64,000 nt of DNA. Source: an uncultured Gemmatimonadaceae bacterium. GTDB lineage: Bacteria; Gemmatimonadota; Gemmatimonadetes; Gemmatimonadales; Gemmatimonadaceae. Below the pieces are notes generated by a model that saw only the letters and a program-made list of their open reading frames with translations, did not search any database and had not been told where the DNA came from. Position numbers and translations under genes: made by a program. Of this stretch, positions 1 to 9,523 are shown one piece after another. The stretch is from the NCBI GenBank assembly GCA_963843845.1, contig CAWJMB010000002.1, positions 1,728,001 to 1,792,000 of the forward strand. Reading direction: 5' to 3'. Within the stretch, counting starts at the first letter, position 1. Each line of letters opens with the position of its first letter.

Positions 1-1
1 C

Positions 2-2071
2 GGCAAGTCGTTGGGCTACCTCGTACCGGCATTGCGGTGGGCCGCGGCGAACGGCGAGCGAACGATCGTGTCCACGAACACGATCAACCTGCAGGAGCAG
101 CTCGTCGGCAAGGATCTCCCCTTTCTCGCCGAGTCGCTGACCGATCAGGAGGTGCGGTTCGCGCTGCTGAAAGGGTGGCGCAATTACCTCTGCCTCACGC
201 GACTCGACAACGCGGTCGCGGGCGGCGCGGCGCTGTTCGAGCCCGGGATGCAGCAGGAGCTCGCCGCGCTCGAGGCGTGGGCGGAGCGCACCGGCGACGG
301 GTCGGTGAGCGATCTGCCGACGCCGCCGCGCCCCGACCTGTGGGACGAGGTCTCGGCGGAGCCGGACCTCTGCCAGCGGATGAAATGCCCGCGTTTCGAC
401 GACTGCTTTCTGTTCAAGGCTCGGCGCGAGGCCGCGCAGGCGGACGTGATCGTCGTGAATCATCACCTGCTGATGTCGGACGTCGCGGTGCGCCGTGCAC
501 AGCAGAACTGGGACGACGCGGCGGTCCTGCCGGCCTACAAGCGCCTCGTCGTCGACGAAGGACATCACCTGGAAGACGCTGCGGCCGCGCACCTCGGCGC
601 GTCGGTCACGCGGCGCGGGTTGCAGCGGCTGTTTTCGCGGCTCGACCGCCGCGGCAAGGGATTGTTGGGCGCGCTCGTCGCGAAGCTCGCCGAGAAGTCC
701 GACTTGCTCAGCACCGCGAGCCTGGATCTCGTCGAGACGCGCCTGACGCCGATGACGCACACGTCGCGCGAGAAAGCCGATCTGCTCTTCGATCTGCTCC
801 AGACATATCTCGACGGAACCGGCCAGCCGGTCGTGCGGTTGACGGACGACTTCGCGAGCGACCCCGTGTGGGAGGCGGGCCTCCGCGCGGCGCTCGACGA
901 TCTGCTCTCCAACATCGAGCTGATGCACGAGGGGCTGCGTCTCGTCCGCGAGCGGCTCGAGACCGACGAGCGCCGGCTCGAGGCGCTCGCGCCGCTGCTG
1001 AGCGAAGTGCGCGCGGTGACCAAGCGCCTGCAGGGCGCCGGCGACGGCCTCGGGCGCGCACTCCGCCCGCCACACGGCTCGCCGCCGAGCGTTCGGTGGA
1101 TCGAAGTGCGGGGCAAGGAACGGAACGTCGTCGTCACGTCCGTCCCGCTGGATCTCGCGCCGATTCTGCGCGACGACCTGTTCAAGCGCGTGAAGACGGC
1201 GGTGGTCACGAGTGCGACGTTGGCGACGAGGCCGAGCGGCGGGACCGTGGGGAATGGAACGCGCCGCGCGACGACGGTCGGAGAACCAGGTTCCGAGTCC
1301 CGAGCCTCGGACGTCGAGTCGTTCCGCTTCCTCGCCGAACGACTCGGCCTCACCGCCCCCGACTTCGATCCGGCCACGGCGATCCTTCCGTCGCCGTTCG
1401 CGTATCGCCAGCAGGCGTTGCTCGTCGTGCCGTCCGACACGCCCGCGCCGAACGTCGCGCCCGCCGAGCACTTCCTGCACGTCGTGCGGCAGACGCTCGA
1501 CGTCGCGACGGCGTCGGACGGCGGGATGTTCGTGCTGTTCACGAGCCATCGGGAGCTGCTGCGCGCCGCAGCCGAGCTTCGCGCGCGGGGCGCCGACCGC
1601 CGATGGCCGCTGCTCGTGCACGGCGAGGACACGCGCGACGCGCTCCTGCGGCGGTTTCGCGAGAGCGGGCGCGCGGTGCTGTTGGGAACGGCGTCGTTCT
1701 GGGAAGGAGTCGACGTCCCTGGAGACGCGCTGCGTGCGCTGCTCATCGCGAAGCTGCCGTTCCGCGTGCCGAGCGAGCCGGTGACCGCGGCGCAGTGCGA
1801 GGCGATCGAGGCGCGTGGGGGCGACAGCTTCAGAGAGTACATGCTGCCGCACGCGTCGCTGCGCCTGAAGCAGGGGTTCGGGCGACTGATCCGTACGGCG
1901 GTGGATCGCGGGGTCGTCGTGCTGTCAGACGCTCGGCTCGTGACGAAGGGATACGGGCGCGAGCTGCTCGACGCGCTGCCGCCGGCCCGCCGCGTCATCG
2001 CGCCGTGGGCGCGGGCGCGCGCCGACGTCGAGGCCTTCTACGCGGCGCGCGGACGTGAGGTCGAGCTCTGA
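2..2071 (+). CDS. dinG: DinG/YoaA-family ATP-dependent helicase, 5'-truncated by the window edge
   Basis: Frame opens with the end of Walker A (GKSLGYL); STNTINLQEQL, KGWRNYLC, Fe-S cysteines, VVNHHLL, DEGHHLE, SATL, FWEGVD and QGFGRLIR motifs. Confidence 0.93.
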   Translation, partial: GKSLGYLVPALRWAAANGERTIVSTNTINLQEQLVGKDLPFLAESLTDQEVRFALLKGWRNYLCLTRLDNAVAGGAALFEPGMQQELAALEAWAERTGDGSVSDLPTPPRPDLWDEVSAEPDLCQRMKCPRFDDCFLFKARREAAQADVIVVNHHLLMSDVAVRRAQQNWDDAAVLPAYKRLVVDEGHHLEDAAAAHLGASVTRRGLQRLFSRLDRRGKGLLGALVAKLAEKSDLLSTASLDLVETRLTPMTHTSREKADLLFDLLQTYLDGTGQPVVRLTDDFASDPVWEAGLRAALDDLLSNIELMHEGLRLVRERLETDERRLEALAPLLSEVRAVTKRLQGAGDGLGRALRPPHGSPPSVRWIEVRGKERNVVVTSVPLDLAPILRDDLFKRVKTAVVTSATLATRPSGGTVGNGTRRATTVGEPGSESRASDVESFRFLAERLGLTAPDFDPATAILPSPFAYRQQALLVVPSDTPAPNVAPAEHFLHVVRQTLDVATASDGGMFVLFTSHRELLRAAAELRARGADRRWPLLVHGEDTRDALLRRFRESGRAVLLGTASFWEGVDVPGDALRALLIAKLPFRVPSEPVTAAQCEAIEARGGDSFREYMLPHASLRLKQGFGRLIRTAVDRGVVVLSDARLVTKGYGRELLDALPPARRVIAPWARARADVEAFYAARGREVEL

Positions 2072-2222
2072 TGCGCCGCGCGGTCGGCGCGACGGGTGGT
2101 GGCGGATGGAGCTGAGCCGCGGGTCGGGGCAGCCCGCGAGTGCGGTGTCGAACGTGGGAGCGCGGACCCTCGTGTAGATTCCGAGGTCTGCATTCCACAC
2201 CCCGTCTCGAACCCGTCCGCTC

Positions 2223-2834
2223 GTGTCCCGTCCCGGAAAGATCGTCTGCGTGGGCCGCAATTACGTCGCGCACGCGAAGGAGCTCGGCAACGACGTACCG
2301 ACGTACCCGCTGATCTTTCTCAAGCCGTCCACGTCGGTCATCGCGGCCGGCGACAGGATCGTGCTGCCGCCCGAGAGCGAGCAGGTGGAGTTCGAGGGGG
2401 AGATCGGTGTCGTCGTGGGGACCACGTTGCGCCACGCGAGCGAAGACGAGGCCGTCGCCGGGATCCGCGCCGTCGTCGCGCTGAACGACGTGACGGCGCG
2501 CGATCTCCAGAAGTCCGACGGGCAGTGGACGCGCGCGAAGGGGTTCGACACGTTCTGCGCGATCGGGCCGGAGGCACCGCCGCCGGCCGATCTGAGCGCG
2601 ATCGAGGTCGTCACGCGGGTGAACGGCGTCGAGAAGCAGCGCGGGACGGCGTCGGAGATGGTATTCTCCATTCCGATGCAGCTCGCGTACATCTCGCGCA
2701 TCATGACGCTCGAGCCGGGCGACGTGATCGCGACCGGAACGCCGGCCGGCGTCGGTCCGCTGGCGCCGGGCGACGAGGTGGAGGTCGAGCTGATCGGACT
2801 CAGTACGGTTCGGAATCCTGTCGCGGCGGCGTGA
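2223..2834 (+). CDS. Fumarylacetoacetate hydrolase family protein
   Basis: KIVCVGRNY, FLKP, EGE, NDVTARD, KGFDTF and TGTPAGV motifs. Confidence 0.92.
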   Translation: MSRPGKIVCVGRNYVAHAKELGNDVPTYPLIFLKPSTSVIAAGDRIVLPPESEQVEFEGEIGVVVGTTLRHASEDEAVAGIRAVVALNDVTARDLQKSDGQWTRAKGFDTFCAIGPEAPPPADLSAIEVVTRVNGVEKQRGTASEMVFSIPMQLAYISRIMTLEPGDVIATGTPAGVGPLAPGDEVEVELIGLSTVRNPVAAA

Positions 2835-2898
2835 CGCCGGCGCCCGTCCATCGCATCGCGTAGCGGAACATCGCGCGACCAGAGGGTACTCTCCGCTC

Positions 2899-3810
2899 AT
2901 GCTGACGCTCTCGCGCCGACCGAAGGGCTCTGATGCGCCGCGCCGCTCGCGCGGAGCCCTCGCGGTGTCGATTGCCGTCAACGCGCTCGTCGTCGCCGTG
3001 TTCGTCGATGCGGTGAATCAGGGACTGCGCTGGCGCGATCTGCTGCCGTTCGACAGGGCATCGGCGGTGACGGAGCGCGTCCGGTTCGTGCAGCCCGTCC
3101 CGCCGCAGGCCGCTGCGACGCCGGTCGCTGGCCGCAGCGGCGGTGACGGACGTCCCGTCTCCGAACGGTCCACCCCGTCGCGTCCACGGCCGGTCGCCCC
3201 GACGACCGTTCCCGAGGCGATCGCACCGGCCGACCCGAAGGCCGCTCCGACCGACGGTGGCGGCAGCGGCCCGGTCGTCGGCACGGGCGGCGCGACGGTC
3301 GGCATCCAACCGTCGTACGGCGACTCCCGGCTCTGGGGGCGGCCGACGGTGCAGGGGCCGCGGAACGCGCGCGAGCGGATGGACAGCGTCATCGCCGATA
3401 CGTTCGGCCCCGTGCGTGATTCGATCCTCGCCGAGCGCGAGGCGCTTGCGGGGCAGCGAAAGCCAGGCGACTGGACCGTGAAGGGCCCAGGCGGCAAGTG
3501 GGGGATCGACCAGCAGTCGATCCACCTGGGGAAGATCTCGATCCCGAACGCGATTCTCGCCCTGCTATCCGAGAACGTTCAGCAGAACTTGCGCGGCAAT
3601 CCGACCCAGGCCATCGAGGACCGTCGGATGGGTCTGATCCGGGCCGACCTGTTGCAGCACGCGCAGCGCGAGCAGAACGAGGACATGTTCCGCAGCTCCG
3701 TCAAGGAGATCCGCGCGCGGAAGGACCGGGAGCGCGCCGTGCGGCTCGCCGAGCAGCGTCCGCTCGTCGCCGATCCTGACAAGAACCAGGATCGGAACCG
3801 CGACGACTGA
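2899..3810 (+). CDS. Hypothetical protein with an N-terminal TM segment and a Pro/Gly-rich linker
   Basis: 303-aa ORF with GC3-rich codons; TACTCT hexamer 6 nt before the ATG. Confidence 0.75.
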   Translation: MLTLSRRPKGSDAPRRSRGALAVSIAVNALVVAVFVDAVNQGLRWRDLLPFDRASAVTERVRFVQPVPPQAAATPVAGRSGGDGRPVSERSTPSRPRPVAPTTVPEAIAPADPKAAPTDGGGSGPVVGTGGATVGIQPSYGDSRLWGRPTVQGPRNARERMDSVIADTFGPVRDSILAEREALAGQRKPGDWTVKGPGGKWGIDQQSIHLGKISIPNAILALLSENVQQNLRGNPTQAIEDRRMGLIRADLLQHAQREQNEDMFRSSVKEIRARKDRERAVRLAEQRPLVADPDKNQDRNRDD

Positions 3811-3827
3811 GACGGCCGCCGCGCCCG

Positions 3828-4454
3828 CTACTCGGCGATCGCGCCGTCCAGCGTCGGGCGTGCGGCCGTCGCGCGGAGAACGCCGGTCACGGTTCCGAGC
3901 ACGGCGAACGCGGCGGCCATGGGGTCACCGTCCCGGCTGACGTCCGGTATCGCCGCGAGTGCTCCGGTCGCCGCCTCGACCGAGGCGAAGGTGCGAACCG
4001 ACGTCTCCGCGCCGAGCTGCACGGCGACGAGATCCTCGCTGCCTGGTGCCACGGACGGCGACACCACGACGTGGTCGCCCGCGAGAACGCCGAGCGACCG
4101 GAGTGAATCGCCGGCGACCCGGAGCACGAATGCGTCGTCCCCGCCGATGAAGCGCCGGTCGACGGCGATCTGGCCGGTCGGTGCTCCGCTCGCGGCGTGG
4201 TCGTAGCTGCGCAGCGTCCGCATCTCCGCCGGTCCGTTGTACCCGACGATCCGCACCCCGCGCGAGCGCGACGGGTCACGCTGGATGAATCCTTTCTCCG
4301 ACAGCGAGTGGAGTAGATCCGACACGGTCTTCGTCGACTTGATCCGGAACTTCCGCCCGATCTCGCGGATGCTCGGCTGATACGTATTCTCGGCGAGAAA
4401 GTCGATCAGGTAGTGATAGACTTTTCGCTCGATCGGAGACAGTGGCTCCGTCAT
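3828..4454 (-). CDS. lexA: LexA-family repressor with a divergent S24 peptidase domain
   Basis: N-terminal wHTH (YQPSIREIG...KGFIQRDPSRSRGV); C-terminal FVLRVAGDSL...GDHVVV. Confidence 0.85.
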   Translation of the reverse strand: MTEPLSPIERKVYHYLIDFLAENTYQPSIREIGRKFRIKSTKTVSDLLHSLSEKGFIQRDPSRSRGVRIVGYNGPAEMRTLRSYDHAASGAPTGQIAVDRRFIGGDDAFVLRVAGDSLRSLGVLAGDHVVVSPSVAPGSEDLVAVQLGAETSVRTFASVEAATGALAAIPDVSRDGDPMAAAFAVLGTVTGVLRATAARPTLDGAIAE

Positions 4455-4520
4455 GGGAGGCTCGGCGGGGGGGCGGCGGCCGGAAGCCAAGGTGTTCTGC
4501 CGGCGACAAGGACTCGCGCC

Positions 4521-4549
4521 AAAATAGGATTGCCCGGAGAAGTGGTCAA
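4521..4549 (-). promoter_or_regulatory. Sigma70-type promoter for lexA
   Basis: Minus strand reads TTGACC-N17-TATTTT in an AT-rich intergenic patch. Confidence 0.65.
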
Positions 4550-4572
4550 CGGAAATGTCGGGTGAGTGCGGG

Positions 4573-6051
4573 TCACTCGCCGGAGCGATCCGCGAGGTGC
4601 AGCAGGGCGGCATCCAGTCGGCCGATCGCTCGGTCGCGGCCCAGCAGATCGAGCACCTCGAACATCCCGGGGCTGGCCGCGCTGCCGACGAGGGCGACGC
4701 GGAGTGGCTGGAAGACTTTCCCGGCACCGACGCCGCGCCGCTCGGCGATCCCGCGCAGCGCCGCATCCATCGGCTCCGCCGCCCACTCGCTCAGCGCGGC
4801 GAGCGTGTGACGAGTCTCACGCAGGAGGTCAGCCGTGCCCTGCGGATCGCGCATCCAGTGCTTCGCGACGGCGTCGTCGTCGTACGCGACGGTGTCTCCG
4901 AAGTACGGCGGTGCCTGGCGTGCGAGGTCGTCGAGTGTGCGGCTGCGAACGCGGAGCTGTTCGACGAGCGTTCCGTACCATTCCGGGCGCGCCGCGACGT
5001 CGGCGGCCGTGGTGAGCCCGGCCGCGACGAGCGTCGGCGTGACGCGATCGACGACCTCGTCGAGCGGGAGGAGCAGCAGGTGCTGCCCGTTCATCCACTC
5101 GAGTTTCTTGACGTCGAAGACGGCCGCCTTCTTCTGCAGGCCGCCGCCGCCGAAGAGCTGGACCATCTCGGGGAGCGTCATGATCTCGCGATCCCCACCG
5201 GGGGACCAGCCGAGCAGCGCGAGGAAGTTCAGCATCGCCTCGGGAAGAATGCCGAGGTGCTGGTAGTCGCCGACCGCCGTGGCGCCGTGGCGCTTGCTGA
5301 GCTTCTTCCCGTCCGGCCCGTGGATCATGGGCAGGTGCGCGAACGTCGGGAGCGAGGCGCCTAACGCCTCGTAGATCATGATCTGCTTCGGCGTGTTCGA
5401 GATGTGGTCGTCCCCGCGCATGACGAGCGTCACCGCCGCCGAGATGTCGTCCGACACGACCGCCATGTTGTAGATCGGCGTCGCGTCCGAGCGGAGGACG
5501 ACGAAGTCCTCGATGTCGCGGTTCGGGAAGGTGATGCGGCCGTGCACCATGTCGTCCCACGAGGTCGCGCCGTCGGGCACGCGAAAGCGGATCACGAAGG
5601 GCACCCCTGCGTCGACCCGACGCACGACCTCGTCGCGCGGAAGTCGGTCGCAGCGTCGGTCATACTTGAACGCATCGCCTGCGCCCTCCGCCGCCGCGCG
5701 TCGCTCGTCGAGCTCGGCCTGGGTGCAGAAACAGCGATAGGCGGCGTCTCGCTCCAGCAGCGTGCGCGCGTCCGCCCGATGGCGCTCCACGTTCGCGCCC
5801 TGGAATACGACCTCGCCGTCCCATCGCAGTCCGAGCCAACCGAGTCCGTCGAAGATCGCGCGAGTGCTCGCCTCGGTGCTGCGTGCGCGATCGGTGTCCT
5901 CGATGCGCAGCAGGAACTCGCCGCCGGTGTGGCGCGCGTAGAGCCAGTTGAACAACGCGGTGCGCGCCCCGCCGACGTGGAGATAGCCGGTCGGCGACGG
6001 GGCGAAACGAAGCCGCGGCGGGCGTTGGGCGGGAGACGCGTCGATCGGCAT
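4573..6051 (-). CDS. gltX: Glutamate--tRNA ligase
   Basis: RFAPSPTGYLHVGG, LRIEDTD, RGDDH and KLSKR motifs. Confidence 0.96.
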   Translation of the reverse strand: MPIDASPAQRPPRLRFAPSPTGYLHVGGARTALFNWLYARHTGGEFLLRIEDTDRARSTEASTRAIFDGLGWLGLRWDGEVVFQGANVERHRADARTLLERDAAYRCFCTQAELDERRAAAEGAGDAFKYDRRCDRLPRDEVVRRVDAGVPFVIRFRVPDGATSWDDMVHGRITFPNRDIEDFVVLRSDATPIYNMAVVSDDISAAVTLVMRGDDHISNTPKQIMIYEALGASLPTFAHLPMIHGPDGKKLSKRHGATAVGDYQHLGILPEAMLNFLALLGWSPGGDREIMTLPEMVQLFGGGGLQKKAAVFDVKKLEWMNGQHLLLLPLDEVVDRVTPTLVAAGLTTAADVAARPEWYGTLVEQLRVRSRTLDDLARQAPPYFGDTVAYDDDAVAKHWMRDPQGTADLLRETRHTLAALSEWAAEPMDAALRGIAERRGVGAGKVFQPLRVALVGSAASPGMFEVLDLLGRDRAIGRLDAALLHLADRSGE

Positions 6052-6488
6052 GCGCGCGAGCGAAAATAAAGTGGCGCGGGGCCGTCGGCTGTGGCGGCGA
6101 TCCCGCGCGTCGGGGAGAGAGCGACCTGCTCGGAAGTGGTCCGCGGACTCCCGTCCTCGTCGCGGGGCGAACACGGCTCAGGAGGCGAAGGCTAGCGGAA
6201 CGGCCCCTCGACGACCACGGGTGCGCCACGACGCGTCGCCTCGATTTCGCGGTGAGGGGAATGATACACGATGAGCGGGCGCCGTTCGTCGGCGAGTCCG
6301 ACGGCTCTTGCAACGATGTCGGGCGCGCGAAATCTTGGTGGGACGGCTCGCTGCGACAGCGGCGCGCGGTTCAGCGCTGAGCGACGCCGTGCCCGTTGCA
6401 CTGGAATCCACCGACCAGACGACCTCGCGTGCTTTCGACGGGGAAGCGACGACACTGGCTCGACCCCCGTGCGCTGTCCGGGGGGACA

Positions 6489-7594
6489 GTGAGGCCGCTC
6501 CGCCTGCTGTTCGTCGGAACGAACCGCGGGGGCGGGGGGATCGAGAGCCACTTCGTAACCCTGGCCCGCGCGATGGCCAGCGCGGGGCACGAGGTAGCCG
6601 CCGTCGTCTGGCCGGACGACGTCATACACCAGGCGCTCGCCGCCGACGGGCGAATCCGCCTCTTCGCGGCGCGATTCCGCGCGCGGAACGATGTACGCGG
6701 TACGCTCGACGTCGCGCGCGCCGTGCGGGCGGCGCGTCCCGAATGGCTCGTGGGGTCGTTCAAGCGCGAGTACTGGCCCGTGGCGACTGTGTCGTGCCTC
6801 ACCCGCGTGCCCGCGGTCGTGTTCGCGCACCTCGACCAGCGGATGAATCCGGTCATGGCGCGCGGCCTTCCGCGAGTCGTGCATCGCATCGTCGCACCTT
6901 CGATGTTTCTCCGCGAACGGCTCGTGGCGCGTGGCGTGCCCGCAGCCCGAGTCGCGGTCCTCCCCAACCCGATCGACACCGCACACCTGCGGATCACCGC
7001 CGAGGCACGGCTCGCCGCGCGGGCCCGATTGGGTTTCGCGCCGACGACGTGGTCGTGGGATTCGTCGGCCGGGTGGAGCCCGACAAAGGAGCCGACGTCC
7101 TGGACCGCGCGCTGGCCGACGCGATGGCGCAGGAGCCCCGGATACGTGCGCTCTGGGTCGGCGGCGGCGTCATGGCTGCGTCGCTCGCGGAGCGACGGGC
7201 CGGAACTCCGCTCGAGGGGCGGCATGTATCTCGGCCGTGGTGCGCCGACGTGCGGCCGTACTACGCCGCGCTCGACGTCCTCGCGCTGCCATCGACGAGA
7301 GCTGAAACGTTCGGCCGCGTCCTCGCTGAAGCGCAGGCGTGCGAGGTGCCGGTCCTGGGTAGCCGGTTGGGCGGGATACCCGAGGCGTTCGAGGACGGGG
7401 TCACGGGGCGGCTCGTTCCCTCCGGGGACACATCGGCGTGGGCGTCGGCTGTGCTCGCCCTCGTCCGCGACGATGCGGTGCGACGGCGCATGGGACGCGC
7501 CGGGCGCGCATTCGTCGAGGCGCGCTTCGCGTCGCCGCGCGTAGCGCGGGCGTTCGCCGAACTGTTGCGAGCGCGCGTCGGCGCCGGCGTCTAG
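6489..7594 (+). CDS. GT4 (GT-B) glycosyltransferase, one frameshift near 7040
   Basis: N-terminal GGGIESH in one frame; FVGRVEPDKG and ETFGRVLAEAQAC...GGIPE in another. Confidence 0.85.
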
Positions 7595-7643
7595 CTCCGT
7601 GACGGCTCCGCGCGGAGCCGCCGCGGCGGTGAGCGCCTGACCG

Positions 7644-8393
7644 TCAGCCGCCGGTCGCAGGGTCACGGCGTGCGACGATGCAGATGTGACGCGACGCCGA
7701 CGCGCCGATGCGCCGGCCGATCGCGGAGAGCGCGCGGGCAAGCGGAAGGTTGGCGCGGAGCGCACGCGCCGGTCGCGATCGGCGGACCGCCTTGAGCCAC
7801 CCCTCGAACTGGTAGCTGAATCGGTCACCGAGATAGGACACGGTCTCGACCTGCAGCGGCCCGCTCTCGACGAGGGCCACGAAGGTCGGGAAGTCGCGCG
7901 GGTGCATGTGCTCGGTGAAGATCGCGCGACCGCCCGGCGCGAGAACGTCATGGATCGCCCGAAGCGCGTCGGCGTTTCCCCGTGGGCCGAGTCGCCAGCT
8001 CTGAAGCCCGTCGGAGGCGATCACGACGTCGAATTGCCGGTCGGCGAACGGAAGCGTCCGCACGGTCGCGACGGCAAATTCAACGACCCGAGTGGCTCGC
8101 CCCCGGTCGAGACAGTCGCGAACCCGCTCGCGCGCACGGCGCACCGCGGTAGGCGCGACGTCCACCGCCACGAGAGCGCCGGGCAGGGCGGCCGGAAGAG
8201 CAGCGAGTCGTTCGGTCATCAGCCCCAGGCTGCACCCGAGCTCGAGCACCGTGCCCGGGCCGAGCGCCCGAACCATCTCGGTCACGCGCTCGTGACGCAA
8301 CACTTCGACGGCGCGGTCGCTGTACGACCAGGGCTCGCCCCCGGCACGGTAGAGGCCTTCGAAGTGGCCGTGTGAATCCACGTCGTCGTTCAT
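7644..8393 (-). CDS. Class I SAM-dependent methyltransferase (NodS-like N-terminus)
   Basis: EPWSY...E..RH, VLELGCSLG, AVDVA, FDVVIASD and LAPGG motifs. Confidence 0.82.
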   Translation of the reverse strand: MNDDVDSHGHFEGLYRAGGEPWSYSDRAVEVLRHERVTEMVRALGPGTVLELGCSLGLMTERLAALPAALPGALVAVDVAPTAVRRARERVRDCLDRGRATRVVEFAVATVRTLPFADRQFDVVIASDGLQSWRLGPRGNADALRAIHDVLAPGGRAIFTEHMHPRDFPTFVALVESGPLQVETVSYLGDRFSYQFEGWLKAVRRSRPARALRANLPLARALSAIGRRIGASASRHICIVARRDPATGG

Positions 8394-8450
8394 CGCGCGC
8401 GCGAGTCGTACTCGCGAGGTGCTCTCGGCGTGGGCATCCGGACGGGCGCC

Positions 8451-9167
8451 TCAGGCGCGGTGGAACGGCAGCCTCAGGAGGTCCCAGGCGAGCCTGCGGA
8501 GCGTCGTGTCGCGCGACACCTCGATGCGGCGAAGTGCGAAGAGCGGAGTGTGGTCGAAGTTCATCCGCCGGCGTACCGCAGCCCCCGCGCGATATCCCGC
8601 CGCCTGCGCGAGTCGCATGACGGAGGGATCGTGGTCGCCCCAAGGGTACGCGACGGCGTCCACCCGCGCGCCGAGCAGATCCTCGAGCGCCTCGCGCGAG
8701 TCGCGTAGCTCGGCCAGCGCGTCACGCGCCGGCAGCGCGGGCAGTCGCGCGTGGGTGCGCGTGTGCGACTGAAAATCGATTCCGGCGCGCTGCATCTCGC
8801 GGATCGCGCCGGCATCGAGCAACGGCTCCTGCGCCGCGTCCGCGTCCCACTCGTTGGTCCGGCCGAGCAGCCCCGGGACGACGAAGATCGTCGCAGGAAC
8901 GTTCGCGCTGGTGAGCATGGGGAAGGCGATCTGGTAGTTGCTCCGGTACCCGTCGTCGAACGTCACGACGACCGGCAGCGGCGGGAGTTCGGCCTCGCCG
9001 TGGCGGTACGCGACGTATCGCGCGAGAGTCACGGGCCGCCGGCCGAGCCGTCTCAGCAGCGCGAGCTGCGCTGCGAACCGCGTCGGCGGGACGTACAACT
9101 GCGGGTAGCGCGCGTCCTCGGGCGGCTCGTCGACCTTGTGATACACCAGGATCGGGACTGACGGCAT
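8451..9167 (-). CDS. Polysaccharide deacetylase (CE4, NodB/IcaB-like)
   Basis: PILVYH, TFDDGY, QSHTRTH and AYPWG motifs. Confidence 0.92.
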   Translation of the reverse strand: MPSVPILVYHKVDEPPEDARYPQLYVPPTRFAAQLALLRRLGRRPVTLARYVAYRHGEAELPPLPVVVTFDDGYRSNYQIAFPMLTSANVPATIFVVPGLLGRTNEWDADAAQEPLLDAGAIREMQRAGIDFQSHTRTHARLPALPARDALAELRDSREALEDLLGARVDAVAYPWGDHDPSVMRLAQAAGYRAGAAVRRRMNFDHTPLFALRRIEVSRDTTLRRLAWDLLRLPFHRA

Positions 9168-9212
9168 CGCCGAGCGATGGAGGGGGGTCGACGACGAGCG
9201 CGAGCCGGCATA

Positions 9213-9247
9213 CGCGAAACGCCGCCGGGTCCTCGGCGGCGTTCGCG
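9213..9247 (-). terminator. Hairpin downstream of the tRNA-Ser pair
   Basis: AACGCCGCCG/CGGCGGCGTT stem; minus strand continues TTTCG. Confidence 0.55.
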
Positions 9248-9252
9248 GTCTA

Positions 9253-9342
9253 CGGAGAGAGCGGGATTCGAACCCGCGATAGAGGTTGACCCCCTATGCC
9301 GGTTTAGCAAACCGGTGCCTTCAGCCTCTCGGCCATCCCTCC
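9253..9342 (-). tRNA. tRNA-Ser(GCT)
   Basis: GGAGGGA acceptor strand, CCGGT-TTGCTAA-ACCGG anticodon arm, long variable arm, GGTTCGAATCC T-loop; CCA not encoded. Confidence 0.95.
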
Positions 9343-9379
9343 AGAGCGAGCTACGATCAGTGAGCGGACAGGCGCCGAG

Positions 9380-9469
9380 CGGAGGGCCGGGGGGATTCGA
9401 ACCCTGAAGTCGCCTTCGCGACGCCGGAGTTTTCAAGACTGCTGCCTTAACCATCGGCTCGGCCCTGCC
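9380..9469 (-). tRNA. tRNA-Ser(TGA), atypical or degenerate cloverleaf
   Basis: D arm GCC/GGC with TGG loop, CTTGAAA anticodon loop, GTCGC-GAAG-GCGAC variable arm, GGGTTCGAATCCC; acceptor and T stems irregular. Confidence 0.7.
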
Positions 9470-9523
9470 CGAATCGCGAATGCTCGGGGCCGAGCTGCGA
9501 AATCTCGTCATCGTGCGTGCGCG

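Noticed and set aside
4493..4508. TGTTC...GACA near lexA read as an SOS box
   Set aside because: Imperfect palindrome and no second supporting site found in the window
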